Shown here piece after piece: positions 8,110 through 17,250 of a stretch of 64,000 nucleotides of DNA. The notes beneath the pieces were generated by a model. That model made no database searches. It was given only the letters and a program-made list of their open reading frames with translations, and was not told where the DNA came from. The stretch comes from a virus, in the IMG/VR virus record IMGVR_UViG_3300043409_000785, positions 9,647 through 73,646 of that record; one strand, given 5' to 3'. Each line of letters opens with the position of its first letter. Position 1 is the first letter of the stretch. Position numbers and translations under genes: made by a program.

Positions 8110-8475
8110 ATGAAAATCAAAACTGCTGAGTTAACCGAAGCTGCACTCAACTGGGTAGTAGCTTCTATCGAATGGCCGAATGACTCTGGGATTTTGAATC
8201 CTAGGTTGGTGAATAAGGAATCTGTCAACGAAGAATATGGGTTTCATTGTGATGGAACCCTGTCCATACACATTTTTGAACGTGAGCAAATAAGCTTACG
8301 GGCACCGAAACCCTACTGGCCCCATTGGACAGCCTGTGTGTACGTGCTACAAAGCGGAGTGGGCATGGTTGATAATCAAACAATGTCTGGCCCCACCATG
8401 CTAGTTGCCGGTCTTCGCTGCCATATTGCCAACAAGCTTGGTGATGAAGTCGAAGTACCTGATCACCTTCTTTAA
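8110..8475 (+). CDS. NinX/DUF2591-like phage protein
   Basis: [15 protein letters not shown]...GPT.LVA..RC....LGDEVEVP. Confidence 0.7.
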   Translation: MKIKTAELTEAALNWVVASIEWPNDSGILNPRLVNKESVNEEYGFHCDGTLSIHIFEREQISLRAPKPYWPHWTACVYVLQSGVGMVDNQTMSGPTMLVAGLRCHIANKLGDEVEVPDHLL

Positions 8476-8494
8476 TTCTTTCCTTGGTTCAAAA

Positions 8495-9448
8495 ATGAAA
8501 CAATACCTAGACTTCCTCAAGCACATCCACACCAATGGTGTGTATAAATCTGACCGCACTGGCACTGGTACAACTAGTGTCTTCGGCCATCAAATGCGCT
8601 TTGACCTCAGTCAAGGCTTTCCTTTGGTGACCACCAAGAAGGTCCATACCAAGTCTGTCATTGCAGAACTGCTGTGGATGCTTTCTGGTAGTACCAACGT
8701 CAATGATTTGCAGGCTATGGGCTGCACAATCTGGGACGAGTGGGCTAATGAAATGGGTGAGCTTGGTCCAATCTACTCAAAGCAATGGCGTAGCTGGGAT
8801 GCCCCAGTAATTGAAGAATTTGATTGCCCAACTGACGGCATTTATGATGTGGATTTCAAAACAATTGATCAAATCAGTGAAGCCATCCGCCTTCTCAAGG
8901 AAGACTCTGATTCTCGCCGTATTCTGGTGAGTGCTTGGAACGTAGCTGACCTGCCTGATATGGCTCTGGCACCATGTCATTGCCTGTTCCAGTTCTACAC
9001 GCAGGAATTGGCATTGCACGAGCGCAATACACTGTGGGAAAAGCAGTTCAATACACTAAAGAGGCTAGAAATTGCTTTCCCTTGGGATCATGGTGACCTC
9101 GACGATATTGGTATTCCTCGTCGCAAGCTCTCCTGCCAGCTCTACCAGCGCTCTGCTGATGCTTTCTTAGGCATGCCTTTTAATATCGCCAGCTACGCTC
9201 TTCTGACACACATGATGGCCCAGCAGTGCAACATGGCAGTGGGCGATTTCATCTGGACTGGTGGAGATTGTCACATTTACAGCAACCATCAAGAGCAGGT
9301 TGCCTTGCAGCTGTCTCGTGATCCGCAACCACTGCCTAAGCTGGTCATCAAACGTAAACCTGATTCCATCTTTGATTACAAGGTGGATGATTTTGAGTTT
9401 GAAGATTATGTCCACCACCCGGCCATCAAAGCTGATGTGGCTGTTTGA
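8495..9448 (+). CDS. thyA: Thymidylate synthase
   Basis: DRTGTGT, MALAPCH, YQRSAD..LG.PFN and GDCHIY motifs. Confidence 0.97.
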   Translation: MKQYLDFLKHIHTNGVYKSDRTGTGTTSVFGHQMRFDLSQGFPLVTTKKVHTKSVIAELLWMLSGSTNVNDLQAMGCTIWDEWANEMGELGPIYSKQWRSWDAPVIEEFDCPTDGIYDVDFKTIDQISEAIRLLKEDSDSRRILVSAWNVADLPDMALAPCHCLFQFYTQELALHERNTLWEKQFNTLKRLEIAFPWDHGDLDDIGIPRRKLSCQLYQRSADAFLGMPFNIASYALLTHMMAQQCNMAVGDFIWTGGDCHIYSNHQEQVALQLSRDPQPLPKLVIKRKPDSIFDYKVDDFEFEDYVHHPAIKADVAV

Positions 9449-9470
9449 AATCTGAACCAAGGAAAAGAAA

Positions 9471-9644
9471 ATGTATTCAGACAAAGAAATGTTCATATTT
9501 GGACTGATCTGTGGAATGTTTGGGGCTATTGGTTTTCTCATTTCGCATGGAACTAACAGTTATGCGCTGAAGAAATCTCAGTATGAGTGCGTTGAGACTA
9601 TTAACGACAAATGCACAACCTATGTCTTGAAAGAAATCAAATGA
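9471..9644 (+). CDS. Small membrane protein (57 aa)
   Basis: AAGGA RBS; hydrophobic MFIFGLICGMFGAIGFLI segment. Confidence 0.6.
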   Translation: MYSDKEMFIFGLICGMFGAIGFLISHGTNSYALKKSQYECVETINDKCTTYVLKEIK

Positions 9645-9820
9645 TCAAACTGTTTACTGTCTGCTTAGCTTTTGTTTGTTTTGGCTCCATTGCTGCAGAG
9701 CCTGTGCTTGTATCTAACAAGCTTTATCCTGCTGTGGAATACAAACCAGCTATTTTTGTTTCAGCTAAGACTGAGGCTGTTGTTAAACCTGCCGGCAAAG
9801 CTAGTGAACCCAAGAATTAA
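9641..9820 (+). CDS. Small protein with a signal-peptide-like N-terminus
   Basis: ATGA overlap; MIKLFTVCLAFVCFGSIAA-EP. Confidence 0.6.
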   Translation: MIKLFTVCLAFVCFGSIAAEPVLVSNKLYPAVEYKPAIFVSAKTEAVVKPAGKASEPKN

Positions 9821-9823
9821 CCT

Positions 9824-10120
9824 ATGAACCCCCCAACTAAACCTGGACAGAAATGCCGTGTCGTCGGTGGCAGGATGGCTTACAACGATGAGGGCAAAGG
9901 CCCAAATATCGGCAAGAAAGTCACCACCATGTTCCTGCACACTAAGCAAGCTGGTGTGGAAAAGGAGAACGTCTGGCACTGCCGGGCTAAAGATGGTGAG
10001 ATGCTTCAGACCTACTTCGGAGTGGGTAATGAAGCCGACTTTTTGGAGTGTTGGCTTGAGGTGATTCCTGAACAGGAAAACCAAGATACGCTCTCTAACA
10101 AATTAGAGCTATCTTTGTAG
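9824..10120 (+). CDS. Hypothetical protein
   Basis: 98-aa ORF with operon packing. Confidence 0.7.
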   Translation: MNPPTKPGQKCRVVGGRMAYNDEGKGPNIGKKVTTMFLHTKQAGVEKENVWHCRAKDGEMLQTYFGVGNEADFLECWLEVIPEQENQDTLSNKLELSL

Positions 10121-10279
10121 AGCAGTCTGCCTTATCCTAACGTCAACGCAGCTCTCTACTGTAGAGCTGAGTAGTTCAAGGAAACCACCCCCGATATGTT
10201 TTGTGGGTCGGGCACCTTGTAACCACAGCCAGTAGTGTCTCGGCCTCATCAGCTCAGATGCGTGACTGGCAGCCATCCT

Positions 10280-10317
10280 AGCCCCTGTTGCCTGCCACGG
10301 AACAGGGGCTTTTTCTT
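10280..10317 (+). terminator. Intrinsic terminator
   Basis: agcccctgtt...aacaggggct followed by T-run. Confidence 0.75.
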
Positions 10318-10367
10318 GACCAAAACCTTTTCAACCATTAAGCGGTTCTTTGAACCAAGGAGCAAAC

Positions 10368-12824
10368 ATGCAGGTCACCCATTCAGACGACTATATCACC
10401 CACGCTGTTATCGGTGGTGGCAAAACCATCGACTTCGGCATCTCTAACAATGCCGAGTTCTTCCACATCCTGAGCAGCACCCTCTACACCAACCAAGAGT
10501 TGGCTGTCGTCCGTGAAGTGCTGTGCAATGCCTGGGATGCCCATATCGAAGCAGGCTGCACTGACAAGGCTGTCATCGTCAGCACCAAGGACAGCAAGTT
10601 CTCTGTGCAAGACTTCGGACACGGTATCCACAAAGAAAAGATTGGCCCTATCTATGGCACCTATGGAGCTTCCACTAAGAAGAACGATGGTGGTCAAACG
10701 GGTGGCTTCGGTTTGGGATGTAAAGCACCTTTTGCCTATACAGACCACTTTGAGGTGACCTCCTGCCATGATGGTGTCAAGACCGTCTACAGCATGAGTA
10801 AATCTTCTGCTGAAGTAGGTGGCAAGCCTAGCATCATTCCCATTGCCAGCTTTCCTACTGTTGAATCAGGTATCACAGTCTCACTGGCTTTCAAGCAAGC
10901 TAGTGACCGCTACACTTTTGAGAGGTACATCAAGCACATCACTCGCAATGGTGAGATGAAAGTTGAACTCGACGGCAAGCTGCTGGAAGTTCACCCTTTC
11001 AGTAGTATGACAGAAAACTTCTTGGTAACGACTCAGTTGAATCAAGATCACCCAAGTAGTGAAAGACTCTACGTTCGCTACGGCAATGTGGTGTACCCAA
11101 TACCAGACAACGGAGCCTACACAAGCAATTACAAGTACATTGAGCATTATCTGAAACAACTGCAGCAAGGCTATAGCAGCAGATACAGCATCGTGTTTCA
11201 GGCACCAGCTCACAGCATTGGTGTAACACCCAGCCGGGAATCATTGTCCATGCAGGAACACACGCTTAAAACATTGCAAGCACTTTTGACTGCTTTTGTT
11301 GATCGTTTGAACCAAGTAGAAAAGACACAATCGGTTATTGTCATGAAGCAGTCTATTGAAAAGACAGCTGCTGAAGGCAAGACTGGTTTGTTGCTGCATG
11401 CTTCGGATGCTATTCCTGGTCTGTTAAAGGCAAGCAATGTAGCTCCACAGTACATACTGAGTTCTACTGAACTTATCAACGCTAAAGTAGCCTACATGTA
11501 TCCTCAGTTTAATGGTTTTCGTTATGCAGATATTTTCAACCGAGTTGACGCTGCAATGAAAGCTGGTGTAGGTGATCGTGGTTTGCTTCAGTCTTACCGT
11601 GCTGCTTTATTGAAAGAGAAGCTGTCAAAGTACCGAGAATCTGATTGGTTTCACAAACAGATTGCTGGTCCGTTGCTGGCTGCTATGAGCAGCGCTCCAG
11701 AAGACAAACTGGCTAAAAGTCCTGTGAAGAAAGTTCCAGATGTGTCTGTTGATCGCTTGTTGGCTTACGGGCACATGCACTCAATACATAGCCATTCTTT
11801 TCGGGATGGAAGTGCCTCATTCAAAGGATTAGTTGTTCCTTTGGTTCAAGCCAAGAAGCTACCATTGGATCAGTATCTGCCGTATCTGAGAAACATCGTG
11901 GTCATCTCGCATACCAAGATTGGTGTGAAAGATGCTCTGAAGAATGTTTCTGAGTTTAGGGCTGCTGACAATAAACCTTATGGGTTTCTGCTCTACCACG
12001 TCCACCGCTCTAAGGCCAAAACTGAAGCTGCCATTGAGTTCTTCAAAAAGCGTAGGATGGTTGTAATTGACATTACTGACCAGCAGCAGCTGGAAAGTAA
12101 AGAGACAAGAGCACCAGTTATTACTCGTAAGAAGGGATTGGCTTGTGCTTCTTCTGCTCTGGTTGCTGATAGAGTTGATCTGTCTTTGGTTATGCTCAAT
12201 GATGTTAAACGCATTGAGAAGCCTGAATGGATTAGCAAAGTCAGCACAAGTGACTATGCAACCAATGGTGGAAATTTCGACAAGTTCAGCAATGAGGATA
12301 CTGTTGCTATTGTTCGTTTGTTTGGTTCAGTAGGTGGCATTTATGTCAGCTCACTTCAAAAGAAGAATTACACCAGCAATGGCGCAGTTCATCTTGTGAA
12401 GTATGTGCATGACAAAGTTTGTGCTGAGATCATGAGCAACCCAAGAATCAAAGAGCATTTGAGCCTCAAAGTAAGTGGTGCCCCACACTACTGGGACAGC
12501 TTTTGTTCTTCGGAGTTGTTGGCTAAAGAGTTTGGTTTAGTGACTAACATCACTGAACAGGATCGGCTGTACCTACAACTGTACAACTCTTTACTTGACA
12601 AGTCTTACTACAACCGCACAACCTACCCAGAGCTCACTAAAGTAATGGCTTATTCTGCTGCTATTCAGGTCAATACAGTTGCTATTACTTTGGTGGACAA
12701 TCTTAAAGCAATTGATCATTATTTGGATGTGCGGAATTTTGTTAGTAAATTAAAAAGTAAATCTTCTACCCTCGCAGTTAAATCTAAGTTATTGGAAATC
12801 TTGCATCTTGCTTTGAAACCGTAA
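10368..12824 (+). CDS. rIIA: rIIA-like protein (N-terminal GHKL ATPase)
   Basis: LYTN..LAVVREVLCNAWDAH, DFGHG, GGFGLGCKAPFAY; adjacent to rIIB. Confidence 0.9.
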   Translation: MQVTHSDDYITHAVIGGGKTIDFGISNNAEFFHILSSTLYTNQELAVVREVLCNAWDAHIEAGCTDKAVIVSTKDSKFSVQDFGHGIHKEKIGPIYGTYGASTKKNDGGQTGGFGLGCKAPFAYTDHFEVTSCHDGVKTVYSMSKSSAEVGGKPSIIPIASFPTVESGITVSLAFKQASDRYTFERYIKHITRNGEMKVELDGKLLEVHPFSSMTENFLVTTQLNQDHPSSERLYVRYGNVVYPIPDNGAYTSNYKYIEHYLKQLQQGYSSRYSIVFQAPAHSIGVTPSRESLSMQEHTLKTLQALLTAFVDRLNQVEKTQSVIVMKQSIEKTAAEGKTGLLLHASDAIPGLLKASNVAPQYILSSTELINAKVAYMYPQFNGFRYADIFNRVDAAMKAGVGDRGLLQSYRAALLKEKLSKYRESDWFHKQIAGPLLAAMSSAPEDKLAKSPVKKVPDVSVDRLLAYGHMHSIHSHSFRDGSASFKGLVVPLVQAKKLPLDQYLPYLRNIVVISHTKIGVKDALKNVSEFRAADNKPYGFLLYHVHRSKAKTEAAIEFFKKRRMVVIDITDQQQLESKETRAPVITRKKGLACASSALVADRVDLSLVMLNDVKRIEKPEWISKVSTSDYATNGGNFDKFSNEDTVAIVRLFGSVGGIYVSSLQKKNYTSNGAVHLVKYVHDKVCAEIMSNPRIKEHLSLKVSGAPHYWDSFCSSELLAKEFGLVTNITEQDRLYLQLYNSLLDKSYYNRTTYPELTKVMAYSAAIQVNTVAITLVDNLKAIDHYLDVRNFVSKLKSKSSTLAVKSKLLEILHLALKP

Positions 12825-12837
12825 AAGGAAATAAATC

Positions 12838-14268
12838 ATGAAAATTAAAATCATAGCTGCGGTTGTCGATACACGGCAACTGACACTCTATAAAGAGAAC
12901 GGTGAAGCTGTAGTCATCCCACAAGGTGACCCACGCTTGGCTCGTATCGTGGCTGAGGCTACACCTTTCCTGGCTCGTAATGAGCCTGTGGAAGTAGATT
13001 TGACTACTAAGACAGTTAACCACTATAAGGACTTTGAAGAAAGTTCTGGCGGTTTGGTCAAGTTCTTCCGAGTGGCTAAGAACAAGCTGAAAAGCTTGTT
13101 TGCTGTTAGTGCAGAAGCTGAACCTAAAACAATTCAGCCAATGACCCTGGGAACTGTTCCGGGAAACAAAGAAGAAAAGATCACAGCTGCTGTTGCTGAA
13201 ATCATGCAGCATGCTGTATCTGTTTCAGCTCCTGAGTTTGATGATCAAGAGATTGGTGAGAACGCTGACAACACTGTCATTGCAGTGATGAAACAGGTCA
13301 ATGCAGCTCCTGCTGTGGTCACCAATATTGAGAGTATTGAGCCTCAGTTGGCGCATGCTAATGCCAATGGTTCAACCATCGGTGTGCAGCGTTTCATGGA
13401 ACGTATGGCTGCTGTGGTAAACAAGCGTCGTCATTCTGTGGAGGACTTGATGAAGTTCCTGCAGAAAGGTGACCTGCCCATTGCCCACGATGGCTCCATC
13501 ATCATCTACAAAGTGCTGAACAAAGTAGACGATCACTACGTTGATTGCCACACTTGGAATGTGCCTCAAAAGGTGGGCAGCTATGTCTGCATGGATGAGT
13601 CCTTGGTGGACCCGGATCGTCGCAACGATTGCAGCAATGGTCTGCATGTGGCTCGCCGTGGCTACATCAGCGGCTTCAGTGGTGATGTATGTGTGCTGGC
13701 CAAGGTCAAGCCCGAAGACGTGATTGCTGTACCGCAGTACGATGCCAACAAGATGCGTGTCTGTGGCTACCACATTTTGTTCGAGCTGAGCCAGGAAGAC
13801 CATACCAAGCTCCGCAACAACAAGCCTATCACCGACACGGTGGAAGGCCAGAAGCTGCTGGGCAAAGCCATTGCTGGTGACCATGCGGGCATCCTAGAGG
13901 AAGTTCGTATCGGTGGGCACAAGGGCACCAATATCAAGGTAACGCCTGTGAAAACTGCTAAAGCTAAACCTGTAAAGCAAAAACCAACACCCTTGGTTGC
14001 AGCCATCGAAGAGTCGTCGGCAGTACCACAAGCTCCTGCTCTCGATCCCAAGGCTGTAGCTACTGCAGTGGTTGTTGCCAAGCAAGGCAATGCCCGTCAG
14101 CAGAAAGCCAAGGCACTGTGGGAAACCACTTGCTTTCCTGCTACTGAGCTGGAACGTACTCAGGCAGCACAAGCTTTGCTTGACTTTAAGAAAGCTGCCA
14201 AAGTGAGCTGGGCAACTCTTGGGTTGCCAGACGCCACTGGAGCTGACTTGACCAAGCTGCTGAGCTAA
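12838..14268 (+). CDS. rIIB: rIIB-like protein
   Basis: LPIAHDG..I.YK, CSNGLHVA, VKPEDVIAVP, KMRVCGY. Confidence 0.9.
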   Translation: MKIKIIAAVVDTRQLTLYKENGEAVVIPQGDPRLARIVAEATPFLARNEPVEVDLTTKTVNHYKDFEESSGGLVKFFRVAKNKLKSLFAVSAEAEPKTIQPMTLGTVPGNKEEKITAAVAEIMQHAVSVSAPEFDDQEIGENADNTVIAVMKQVNAAPAVVTNIESIEPQLAHANANGSTIGVQRFMERMAAVVNKRRHSVEDLMKFLQKGDLPIAHDGSIIIYKVLNKVDDHYVDCHTWNVPQKVGSYVCMDESLVDPDRRNDCSNGLHVARRGYISGFSGDVCVLAKVKPEDVIAVPQYDANKMRVCGYHILFELSQEDHTKLRNNKPITDTVEGQKLLGKAIAGDHAGILEEVRIGGHKGTNIKVTPVKTAKAKPVKQKPTPLVAAIEESSAVPQAPALDPKAVATAVVVAKQGNARQQKAKALWETTCFPATELERTQAAQALLDFKKAAKVSWATLGLPDATGADLTKLLS

Positions 14269-14332
14269 ATTGATCTGTAAAGGGTACCTCTATCGTATAA
14301 ACTTAGAGGTAACTTTTACAGGAATCACTTAC

Positions 14333-14653
14333 ATGTCAGACGCTTACCGAGCCAACCGAAAATGCACCGATGAGGACATCATCCGACTCAACAGTGTTGG
14401 ATTGTCCTTGTCCACCATTGCCAAAAAACTAGACTGCCACCCAACCACCATCACGCTGCGATTAAAAGCCCTCAAAATCAATCCAGCTGATACCCGAAGA
14501 ACCTTCATGGAAGATGTGTTCAATGGTATGGCCAAGCCCCAACAAGACTGGCTCATCAGTCAACTAGGGCCACATATTACCATCAAGGACTATGTACAAA
14601 ACCTACTGGTCAAGGATTACTTGACCAGAAATCAATCGAACCAAGGAACATAA
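14333..14653 (+). CDS. HTH DNA-binding protein (conserved N4-like)
   Basis: GLSLSTIAKKLDCHPTTITLRL HTH pattern. Confidence 0.75.
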   Translation: MSDAYRANRKCTDEDIIRLNSVGLSLSTIAKKLDCHPTTITLRLKALKINPADTRRTFMEDVFNGMAKPQQDWLISQLGPHITIKDYVQNLLVKDYLTRNQSNQGT

Positions 14654-14654
14654 C

Positions 14655-15356
14655 ATGCCAGGACACTTTACTACTTCGTATCTTAGTGCTGACTCCAGTT
14701 CTGCAATAGCCGCGTCAGGAGATGAGTTTTTTGTGGGAGAGGTTGTGGGCCATCAAGGCACAAGCGACCTAGCTACAATTAAATCCTTCAAAGCCAACAG
14801 CGAAACCAATGACATTGATGTGGATACTGATAAAGGACACTGCACAATAAACTTTTTAGTGAAAGTAGATAGAGCAGTATGCGTGCATGAGGGTAATAAC
14901 TGTACGCTAAGCAAAACCAAGGAATGGTTTGAGAAAGCTGTGCCCAACCCTGTGTTGAAAAACTTCAACAGCCAGCTGGGTTGCCATTTTGAAGAAGTGG
15001 CAGAGATGCTAAATCCAATTCAAGGAGTGGATAGTCTTACATCTGAATTGCTGATCTCTGCTGAAGACGCTATGAGCGCCCTAGCCAGCCATATCAAGAA
15101 CAACAGTGGGAAACGCATTGTTTTTATTGAATCAGAAAACGAACTTGAATTTCTTGACGCTATCTGTGATCAGATCGTCACCGGCACTGGCGTAGCTCAC
15201 ATGTCAGGACAGGACATCATTGGTGCTATGACCGAAGTCAACGACTCCAACTTCTCCAAGTTTGAAGATGGCCTGCCTCTCTTTGATGCTAACCGTAAGA
15301 TCATCAAAGGCAAGCATTACCGCAAGGCAAATCTTGAACCTTTCCTGAAGAAATAA
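14655..15356 (+). CDS. MazG-like/PRA-PH-type NTP pyrophosphohydrolase
   Basis: EEVAEM, LDAICDQIVT, EVNDSNFSK, KIIKGK.Y. Confidence 0.8.
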   Translation: MPGHFTTSYLSADSSSAIAASGDEFFVGEVVGHQGTSDLATIKSFKANSETNDIDVDTDKGHCTINFLVKVDRAVCVHEGNNCTLSKTKEWFEKAVPNPVLKNFNSQLGCHFEEVAEMLNPIQGVDSLTSELLISAEDAMSALASHIKNNSGKRIVFIESENELEFLDAICDQIVTGTGVAHMSGQDIIGAMTEVNDSNFSKFEDGLPLFDANRKIIKGKHYRKANLEPFLKK

Positions 15357-15414
15357 ACTCCCCCATCCTCACTAACACAGCCCCTGCTCAGGGGCTTTTT
15401 GATTGGAAATCTAT

Positions 15415-16719
15415 ATGGATACCAAAGACGAATTGAACCAAGGACAGAGAAAAGCTGCGGAAGGCTTTTTCTCGTGGTTGTTTGACCCATCCTCTAAGGA
15501 ACTCAACATCTCCGGCCCTGGTGGTGTTGGTAAGACCTTCCTCATGGGAAAACTCATTGATGAGATATTGCCTCGTTACTTTGATACTTGCAAGTTGATG
15601 GGTATTCCTCCTGAGTACGACTCGGTGGTGATGACGGCTACCACGAATCAAGCTGCTGAGGTGCTGGGGCTATCCACAGGACGGCCTACTGAAACCGTGC
15701 ATTCCTTCTTCAACCTTACCGTGAAGGATGACTTCAAGACGGGGGAATCTATTCTCACTAAAACCAGGAACTGGGTAGTGCATGAGCGCAAGATCATCTT
15801 TGTAGATGAAGCCTCTATGGTGGATTCTAAATTGCGTAAATACATACTGGAAGGAACACACAACTGCAAGCTAGTCTATGTTGGCGATCATTGCCAACTA
15901 GCACCAGTCAAGGAAACTCTGTCTCCTGTGTACCGAAATGGCTTGCCAATTTTTGTGCTTACAGAGCCAATGAGAAACAGCAAGCAGCCTGCCTTGATGG
16001 CTCTGTGCCAACAGCTCAGAGACACTGTAGAGACTGGCGTATTCAATCCTATCCAGGTTGTTCCTGGCGTCATTGACTGGCTTGACAATCATCAGATTCA
16101 AGCAGAGCTTGCTAATACATTCCTACGTCAAACTCTTGATGCTCGTATTCTGGCTTACACCAATCCCCAAGTAGTAGGTTTCAACGACTACATCCGGGAT
16201 TTGCGCCAGCTTCCTGACGAATACAGTGTGGGTGAGATGTTGATCAGCAACAGTGCTGTTCAGCTCAGTATGACTTCTCGACTGTCTATTCAGGAAGAAG
16301 TGGAGATTGTTGAACAAGCTCCCTTGACCATCATGGAAAAGATTGCTGCTGGTGGCGTAGAACTGGAAGTACGTGAAACCAAACTCCGTACTCGCCTTGG
16401 TTCGGTGGTCAGCGTCAAACTGCCAGTCAACCGGGAGCACTTTGCCCAGCTGGTCAAGTATTTCCAGCAGGCCAAGAACTGGGAACGCTACTTCCATTTG
16501 AAGAACACTTACCCCGATCTGCGTCAACGAGATGCTGCCACGGTGCATAAAGCCCAAGGCAGCACTGTCGAGACGGTGTACATCGACGTAGGTAACCTGA
16601 GTACTTGTCACCAACCCAACACAGCAGCACGTTTGCTGTATGTCGCTGCTACCCGAGCACGTTCCAGGATCGTCATGTATGGTGAACTGGCTCAGAAGTA
16701 CGGAGGCATCATTTACTGA
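15415..16719 (+). CDS. Dda/RecD-like SF1B DNA helicase
   Basis: GPGGVGKT, VDEASM, GDHCQL.PV, TVHKAQGST, YVAATRA. Confidence 0.93.
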   Translation: MDTKDELNQGQRKAAEGFFSWLFDPSSKELNISGPGGVGKTFLMGKLIDEILPRYFDTCKLMGIPPEYDSVVMTATTNQAAEVLGLSTGRPTETVHSFFNLTVKDDFKTGESILTKTRNWVVHERKIIFVDEASMVDSKLRKYILEGTHNCKLVYVGDHCQLAPVKETLSPVYRNGLPIFVLTEPMRNSKQPALMALCQQLRDTVETGVFNPIQVVPGVIDWLDNHQIQAELANTFLRQTLDARILAYTNPQVVGFNDYIRDLRQLPDEYSVGEMLISNSAVQLSMTSRLSIQEEVEIVEQAPLTIMEKIAAGGVELEVRETKLRTRLGSVVSVKLPVNREHFAQLVKYFQQAKNWERYFHLKNTYPDLRQRDAATVHKAQGSTVETVYIDVGNLSTCHQPNTAARLLYVAATRARSRIVMYGELAQKYGGIIY

Positions 16720-16728
16720 AAGAGACTC

Positions 16729-17238
16729 ATGATTGACGAAGCAAAAACCATCCTGGCAAAGATTGATGAGACGCTATTTGTGGCTGAAGAGCGTCGCTTG
16801 AAAGCTGCACTTGATGCACTGGTTCTAGCTAATAACGAAGCGCATAAGCAAGTCTTGTCTGGATTTTTTTACAACGGGGATTTCTATTTGCATAGCAAAA
16901 TGCTCCCCAGCTTGCAGAGTGTCAGGGTGCCTAAGCCCACTTTGCACATAAGCTTAAATGATCAAATGCAGGCTCATCTCAAGGACAGGGTAGCTGTCAA
17001 ACTGGACCGGGATCAGATAAAACAGATTCTGTACAAGCTGGTGTATCGGTGTCTCAGTCTTCAGGAAGTTAGGGACGCTCTCCCGGAGTGCCTTGTTTCC
17101 TTGGTTCCAGATTTGGCCAAACTAAGGCGAAAAAAACGCCAAGAAATGTTCTTCTTTGGTGACCAAAGAACAGAGCGACAGTTCCTAATGCTGCTGCCCA
17201 AGATGGAGTTATATGCTGTCTCAAGATTCCTTTATTGA
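16729..17238 (+). CDS. Hypothetical protein (N4 gp38 position)
   Basis: Between helicase and polymerase; RDALPEC motif. Confidence 0.75.
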   Translation: MIDEAKTILAKIDETLFVAEERRLKAALDALVLANNEAHKQVLSGFFYNGDFYLHSKMLPSLQSVRVPKPTLHISLNDQMQAHLKDRVAVKLDRDQIKQILYKLVYRCLSLQEVRDALPECLVSLVPDLAKLRRKKRQEMFFFGDQRTERQFLMLLPKMELYAVSRFLY

Positions 17239-17250
17239 ACCAAGAAGAAT

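Noticed and set aside
6597-10361. CRISPR-like array from the clustered GAACCAAGGA copies
   Set aside because: The repeats are only about 10 bp, irregularly spaced, in both orientations and separated by whole genes.
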